Positions 63,716 to 64,000 of a stretch of DNA of 64,000 nucleotides are shown one piece after another. Location of the stretch: positions 139,624,001 through 139,688,000 of the forward strand of contig NC_059425.1 in assembly GCF_021028975.2 (NCBI RefSeq), written 5' to 3'. The notes beneath the pieces are model-generated. The model was not told where the DNA came from. It worked only from the letters and a program-made list of their open reading frames with translations, and did not search any database. How positions within the stretch are numbered: position 1 is the first letter of the stretch; the number at the start of each line of letters is the position of its first letter. The position numbers and the translations under genes are program-made. The DNA comes from Sphaerodactylus townsendi. Its lineage: Eukaryota.

Positions 63716-63930
63716 CCAACATGGTGTAGAGGTTAAAGTGTTGGACTAGTACCTGGAAGACCCCAATTCGAATCCCAACTTGTGTCATGGAAGCTTGCTG
63801 GATGACCATGGGCCAGTCACATGTTTTCAGCCTCACCTACCTCACAAAGTTATTATGAGGATAAAATGGAGAATAGAATGATGTCAGCCACTTTGAATAT
63901 CAGTTGGGAAGAAAGGCAGGATATAAATAA
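63716..63930 (+). mobile_element. tRNA-derived CORE-like SINE
   Basis: tggtgtagaggtta A box, ttcgaatccc B box, gaggataaaatgg core. Confidence 0.7.
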
Positions 63931-64000
63931 TTTTTTAATTAAAGCAAATTTAAAAGGAAGGGCCCAAGCAGGCTTATCAATACAATAATTTTTTAAAAAT

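Overview
Vertebrate, repeat-rich DNA. The SINE, LINE and MITE repertoire suggests a squamate reptile, probably a gecko (inference). I could not support any host protein-coding exon. The main feature is a complete 6.2-kb endogenous retrovirus on the minus strand (18699-24934) with both LTRs, a 6-bp TSD (AATCAC), a tRNA-Phe PBS and a PPT. It has betaretrovirus-type gag/dUTPase-pro, a pol reduced to about 1 kb of fragments, and a near-intact chimeric env: a betaretroviral Rec/Rem-like leader joined to a compact SU and TM resembling avian alpharetrovirus (ASLV) Env. Its furin site appears erased by four CpG transitions. The provirus sits in an L2 LINE. Other content: a full-length frameshifted L1 with TSDs (7150-13071), a Penelope 3' end with a GIY-YIG remnant and a minimal hammerhead ribozyme, about nine PIF/Harbinger-type MITEs (three are large foldback copies at 44-52 kb), several hAT non-autonomous elements with 8-bp TSDs, tRNA- and 5S-derived SINEs, and two old local duplications. 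There are three N gaps. Much of the ERV interior looks like unpolished long-read sequence, so its frameshifts and LTR divergence are not reliable.
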